From Candidatus Amesbacteria bacterium (lineage in GTDB: Bacteria > Patescibacteriota > Microgenomatia > CAZETR01 > Amesbacteraceae): DNA of 64,000 nucleotides. Of this stretch, positions 59,321-64,000 are shown in pieces (the first letter of the stretch is position 1; each line of letters opens with the position of its first letter). Both the position numbers and the translations under genes were made by a program. Location: assembly GCA_963736875.1 (NCBI GenBank), contig CAVTQH010000002.1:334663-398662 (forward strand), in the 5' to 3' direction. The notes under the pieces were generated by a model. It was not told the DNA's origin. It did not search any database and worked only from the letters and a program-made list of their open reading frames with translations.

Positions 59321-61009
59321 AAAAAGATTTGATATTAATTCTTCTGCTGCTTCTTCCCGCCGTTGCCTGGCTTTTTCAGCCGGGATATCTTTCCATGCAC
59401 GATGATCTTCAGGCTTTCCGGCAGAAAGCTTTAGACGAATGTTTCCGGGACCGGCAGATCCCCTGCCGCTGGGTTTCAGAAATGGGTTATGGTTTCGGAT
59501 ATCCGCTTTTTAATTACTATCCCCCCCTGCCTTATTTAATCGGTCAGCCGTTCCGATTTTTGGGTTTCCAGTATCTTGATGTGGTCAAAATTGTCGGGGT
59601 AATCGGATTCGGTATTTGTGCATTAAGCATGTACTTTTTGGGCAGGCAGTTTTGGGGTAGGGGAGGAGGATTGATTTCTTCCCTGGTCTATACATATGCG
59701 CCTTACCATTCGGTGGATTTTTACGTCCGCGGAGCCATGAACGAATTTTGGGCCATGGCCATTTTTCCCGCCATTTTCTACACTTCTTACCGGCTGATAT
59801 CCGGCCGGAATAATAAATGGATTCCCCTGCTTTCATTATCAGTTGCGGCTTTGATGCTCTCGCACAATCCCATGCTGATGATATTTACCCCGGTATTGCT
59901 TGCCTGGTGCGTGTTTTGGCTTTGGAAATCGCGTTCCTGGAAACGATTTACACGCTCTGGCAGTTTCTGCTTTCTGGTCACTTGGTTTGGCCGCCTTTTT
60001 TACTCTTCCGGTAATTATCGAATCGCGTTTTGCCCATGTGGAGACCCTTACCATCGGCTACTTCAATTTTTTGGCCCATTTTCTTAACTTAAAGCAAATC
60101 TTTTTGCGCATCAATTGGGGTTACGGAGCATCGGTTTTGGGTTCGGGTGATGAAATGAGCTTTGCTTTGGGCTATCTGCAGTGGATCCTGCCGGCTCTGG
60201 TATTAATTTCTGTGTTATTTATCAAAAAACTCCGCGAAAATAAATTATTAATCCTATTACTATTACTGTTTACTGTTACTGCTTTATTCCTGTCCCATTA
60301 CCGCTCAACTCCCATATGGCTCAAATTTAAACCTCTGGAATTTCTCCAGTTTCCCTGGCGTTTTCTTACTTTGGCTGTCTTTTCAGCATCGTTTTTGTCC
60401 GGTGCAGTAATATTTGTAAATAAAAAAATACTTTCCCTGTTACTGTTACTGTTACTGTTACTTAATGCCAACTACTTCCGCCCCCGGGTTTGGTATCCGG
60501 ACATGACCGACGCTTCAAAATTTTCCGGGGACTCTCTCCGTTTGCAGGTTACAGCCAGCATTTTTGACTATCTGCCGATTTATGCACCGCTTCCGCCTCC
60601 CAATCCCGCCGGAGGTGATCTGGGAATAACCGGCGGGGAAGGGACTTTCACCCGGCTGGCCAAACGCTCCAATTTTCAGCAATACGAGGCGGACATCACA
60701 ACTTCAAAAGCAACGATAGAGCTGCAGACATTTTATTTTCCCGGCTGGCGGGTGTGGCTGGACGGAAAAGAAGTAAAAATCGATCCCTCCCGTGACCCGC
60801 TTCTCGGGCGGATGCAGATTGATGTCACTTCCGGCCGTCATTTGGTTACCGCCCGTTTTACCAACACCCCCATCCGAACTTTTGGTAACCTGCTGTCACT
60901 GGTCTCCTGGTTAATCCTCCTTGGCTGTTTGATTCCCAGAAAATCGGTGTACAATGGCAGGTATGTCTTTACCCGAAGTCAGGTGTCATCGAATAACGAT
61001 AAAAGCTGA
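59317..61009 (+). CDS. GT-C-type membrane protein (PTPS-related/YfhO-like; one-base frameshift near 59944)
   Basis: MHDDLQ, RWV..MGYGFGYPLFNYYPP, APYHSVD.YVRGA..E, SHN; second frame LQFPWRFL, FYFPGWRV..DG. Confidence 0.82.
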
Positions 61010-61244
61010 TTTTGATGTTTTTACCGAAAAGTTTGAGGAAATTGCCAGGTCATCCGGGGGCGGGGAATTCAAACTAACTTCACTGGCTTCCCCTGACAGA
61101 GCCAGGGTTAGGTCTCTGATAGGTGTGCACGAAATGTATCACAAAAAATTAAGTAAAAATCCGGAAGATCTGATGTCCGAAGCGGGTGTGATATTGACTA
61201 ATGCGGACTTACCGCCCCAACTTCAGGAAGAACATCCAATTTAA
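60963..61244 (+). CDS. Hypothetical protein
   Basis: About 93 aa; TACAAT 7 nt before ATG 60963. Confidence 0.45.
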   Translation: MSLPEVRCHRITIKADFDVFTEKFEEIARSSGGGEFKLTSLASPDRARVRSLIGVHEMYHKKLSKNPEDLMSEAGVILTNADLPPQLQEEHPI

Positions 61245-61259
61245 GGCTATAATCAATCC

Positions 61260-62735
61260 ATGGACGCGGAAGTGACGCTGGGGGATGTGGACCTGGCCAC
61301 AGTTAAAGCCAGGTCGGTATCGGGAATTGTGACTTTGATCAGCCGGTCTTTTGTGATTCAGCTGGTATCAACATTAGGATTTTTTCTGCTTTCGGTGTTT
61401 CTGGCCCGCCCGGAAATCGGATTGTTCATCGCCGTCAATGAATTAGTCTCCATTCTGGGATATTTTTCCGACATCGGTCTGGCAGCATCCTTAATCCAGA
61501 AAAAGGATAAAATTACTCTGACCGACCTGCGGACCACTTTCACTCTTCAGCAGATTCTGGTTCTAGTACTATTACTATTTACTATTACCATTTCCCCCTG
61601 GTTATTCAGCTACTATCATGTTTCCGGCGGGGGAGTCTGGCTGTTTTTCAGTCTTTTAACGGCTTTTTTTCTGGCATCTTTAAAAACTATTCCTTCGGTG
61701 GTTCTGGAGCGCCAGCTGCGGTTTGAAATTTTGGCCTTTGTGGAAATTATTGAGACTCTGATTTTTTATCTGGTAGCTGTGACACTCGCCTGGCAGGGGA
61801 GGGGAGTTGCCTCTTACGCCTGGGCTGTTCTTCTCAGGGGTTTTATCGGTACATCCCTGATTTATTTTCTGGCTCCCTGGAAAATCGGTCTGGCCATATC
61901 CAAAACCAGTCTCAGGTCATTATTATCCTTCGGTCTCCCCTATCAGATCAATACTTTAATGGCGGTCGTAAAAGACAGATTCTTAAATATTTTCCTGTGG
62001 AAAATAATCGGCGCTGACGGGGTGGGAATTATCGGTTGGGCCCAGACCTGGTCCCAGAAACCTCTGCGCTTTATCATGGACAATGTCACCAAGGTTACTT
62101 TCCCCGGTTTTGCCAGGCTTGCCGATCATCCGCAGGAACTGAAACAGGGAATAGAAAAAACGCTTTTTTTCATTTCTCTCGTAACTTTCCCCATAGTCGG
62201 CGGTCTGGCGGTACTTGCCCCCTCCCTCGTCGGATTGATTCCCAGATATTCCAAGTGGGAAGTAGCTTTGATACCCTTGGCTTTGTTTTGTTTCAACAGC
62301 GCCTGGGCTGCCGTATCCACTCCCTTAACCAATACTCTGAATGCTTTAGGCCGGGTAAAAATAAATACTTACCTGATGATTATGTGGACGGCACTTGCCT
62401 GGATACTGACCCCTTACATGGCGGTCAGATTTGGTTTTGTAGGTGTGGCTTATGCTTCAGCTTTAATTTCTTTAACCTCGGTTATTCCCGTAATTATTAT
62501 TAAGCGTCTGACTCATTTCAGTTTGTATTTATCATTTATCCGGCCGGCAGTAGCAACTATGGTTATGTTGACCGTGTCTTATCTGTTTACCGTTTCTTTT
62601 ACCGTTACTATTTATAATTTAATTCTGAACGTCATCATATCCGGACTGGTCTACGGTTTAGTTATTTACGGTTTGGTGGGTCCGGCCCTTTTAACAGATG
62701 TCCAAAAACTTTTGGCCGTTTTTAAAAACAAATAG
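61260..62735 (+). CDS. Oligosaccharide flippase (Wzx/MOP family)
   Basis: FSDIGLAASLIQKK, LERQLRF, L.FGLPYQ, VTFP.FARL; about 12 TMs. Confidence 0.9.
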   Translation: MDAEVTLGDVDLATVKARSVSGIVTLISRSFVIQLVSTLGFFLLSVFLARPEIGLFIAVNELVSILGYFSDIGLAASLIQKKDKITLTDLRTTFTLQQILVLVLLLFTITISPWLFSYYHVSGGGVWLFFSLLTAFFLASLKTIPSVVLERQLRFEILAFVEIIETLIFYLVAVTLAWQGRGVASYAWAVLLRGFIGTSLIYFLAPWKIGLAISKTSLRSLLSFGLPYQINTLMAVVKDRFLNIFLWKIIGADGVGIIGWAQTWSQKPLRFIMDNVTKVTFPGFARLADHPQELKQGIEKTLFFISLVTFPIVGGLAVLAPSLVGLIPRYSKWEVALIPLALFCFNSAWAAVSTPLTNTLNALGRVKINTYLMIMWTALAWILTPYMAVRFGFVGVAYASALISLTSVIPVIIIKRLTHFSLYLSFIRPAVATMVMLTVSYLFTVSFTVTIYNLILNVIISGLVYGLVIYGLVGPALLTDVQKLLAVFKNK

Positions 62736-64000
62736 CCACTGGTGGCTGATTATCTTGGGTTCGGTTATTTGGTCTTTGACCATGGTAAAGAGTGGGTCTG
62801 ACCTACTCTTACGGAGTAGGTTTTTGGGGTCCCAACGGTCATGACGGCGTCTGGCATTTGTCCTTAATTGAAAGTCTTTCCCGGGGAAGTTTGGAAATGC
62901 CGGTTTTTGCCGGAGAACTGATCAGAAATTATCACATCGGATTTGATCTCTTGCTGGCTTTAATTCATCGGCTTTCTTTTATTCCGGTAAGTGTTTTGTA
63001 TTTTCAGCTGATCCCTCCCCTGCTGGCTTTCGGGATTGGTTTCTCTGTCTGGAAATTTATGCTTTTATGGACCAAAAGCCGTTCGGCTGCCATGTGGGGT
63101 TTGTTTTTTGTTTATTTTGGCGGCAGTTTCGGCTGGCTGGTAAATTTGCTTCGTGGTGCGGGTTTGGGCGGAGAGTCTATGTTCTGGGCTCAGCAAAGCA
63201 TCTCCACACTGATAAATCCCCCGTTTGCCCTGTCACTTTTAATAATATTCTTTGTATTGTATTTAATCCAAAAACCCATTTCCGGAAAAAAATTAATATT
63301 AGTCTCGCTTCTTATCGGTTCCCTGGTCATTGGTCAAAATTTATGCCGCGATTTTGTTTCTGCCGGGATTGGCATTGTCCGCTCTTTACAATCGTAAATT
63401 ACTCAAGCTTTTTACTTTTGTCTTCTCTCTTTTCCCTGCTTTTTTACCTACCGTTTAACCGTCTGGCCTCGTCCCTGATAGTTTTTCAGCCCTTCTGGTT
63501 TATCGAAAACATGCTTGCCCTGTCAGACCGTTTTTTCTGGCCCCGGCTTTACAGCGCGATGATTGTCTACAAAACCACCCGTAACGTGATTAAATTTATT
63601 CCCGCTTACAGTCTGGCGATATTGATTTTTCTGGCAGGTAATCTGGGTGTCCGCATGTTGGGTTTGGTTAAAATCAGAGAGCTGAAAAAAACCGACCCGG
63701 TAAATATTATTTTGTGGGTCATAGCTCTCCTGGGTTTTATTTTCCCCTTATTATTTATCCAGCGGGGAACCCCCTGGAATCCCATCCAGTTTTTCTACTA
63801 TTCGCAATTTGCTCTCGGTCTGTTTGCTGCCCGGATTATATCCAAATTAAACATCAAATACGGGATATTAGTCGTTACTGTTAACCATTCCTACCACTAT
63901 TAACACTCTCGGGCATTATCTTCCGTCCCGCCCTCCGGCAATGATATCCAAAGAGGAGTTATCAGCCCTGAAATTTCTTTCATCCCGCCCGCAGGGGGTC
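62698..64000 (+). CDS. GT-C-type polytopic membrane protein, truncated by window end; one-base frameshifts near 62794, 63329, 63410 and 63874
   Basis: Reconstructed WSLTMVKSG..FWGPNGHDGVWH..NYH..INPP..KIYA..NPIQF.YY..LPSRPPA across frames. Confidence 0.7.

Noticed and set aside
1-64000. tRNA, rRNA, tmRNA, transposase, integrase, prophage genes and alternative genetic code 25
   Set aside because: No such motifs seen by eye; TGA acts as a stop in many intact genes (e.g. epmA, prfB, ftsE). A tRNAscan/Infernal run would be needed to fully exclude small RNAs

Overview
Gene-dense bacterial window (genetic code 11). Its content suggests a Patescibacteria/CPR genome, probably Microgenomates; this is an inference from the Pro/Thr-linker surface proteins, cohesin/dockerin proteins, membrane-anchored Clp ATPase, many GT-C glycosyltransferases and scarce Shine-Dalgarno sites. 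Housekeeping genes are secA, epmA-efp, acyP, glgA, sodA, typA, nrnA-like DHH, prfB, ftsE-ftsX, thpR and trmD. There are three surface/envelope regions. (1) 5.1-11.3 kb: a 1496-aa dockerin-bearing multi-enzyme protein next to a membrane-anchored cohesin protein with a near-identical duplicated C-terminal module. (2) 34-42.7 kb: a sortase with two LAxTG-tagged Fn3 paralogs, a convergent pair of secreted proteins built from an Asn-rich TG-x-N/TGDA/NTN repeat, a structured terminator-containing leader and a divergent Crp/Fnr regulator. (3) 48-64 kb: three GT2 genes, eight GT-C-type membrane proteins and a flippase. Other notable items are a circularly permuted M23 domain after ftsEX, a stand-alone FtsK-gamma protein, a fused RmlC pseudo-dimer and widespread -10 boxes 5-9 nt before start codons. 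About 14 frameshifts are each repaired by removing one base, which points to sequencing/assembly error rather than real pseudogenes. I saw no rRNA, tRNA, CRISPR array or transposase. All calls come from motif recognition by eye, with no database searches.
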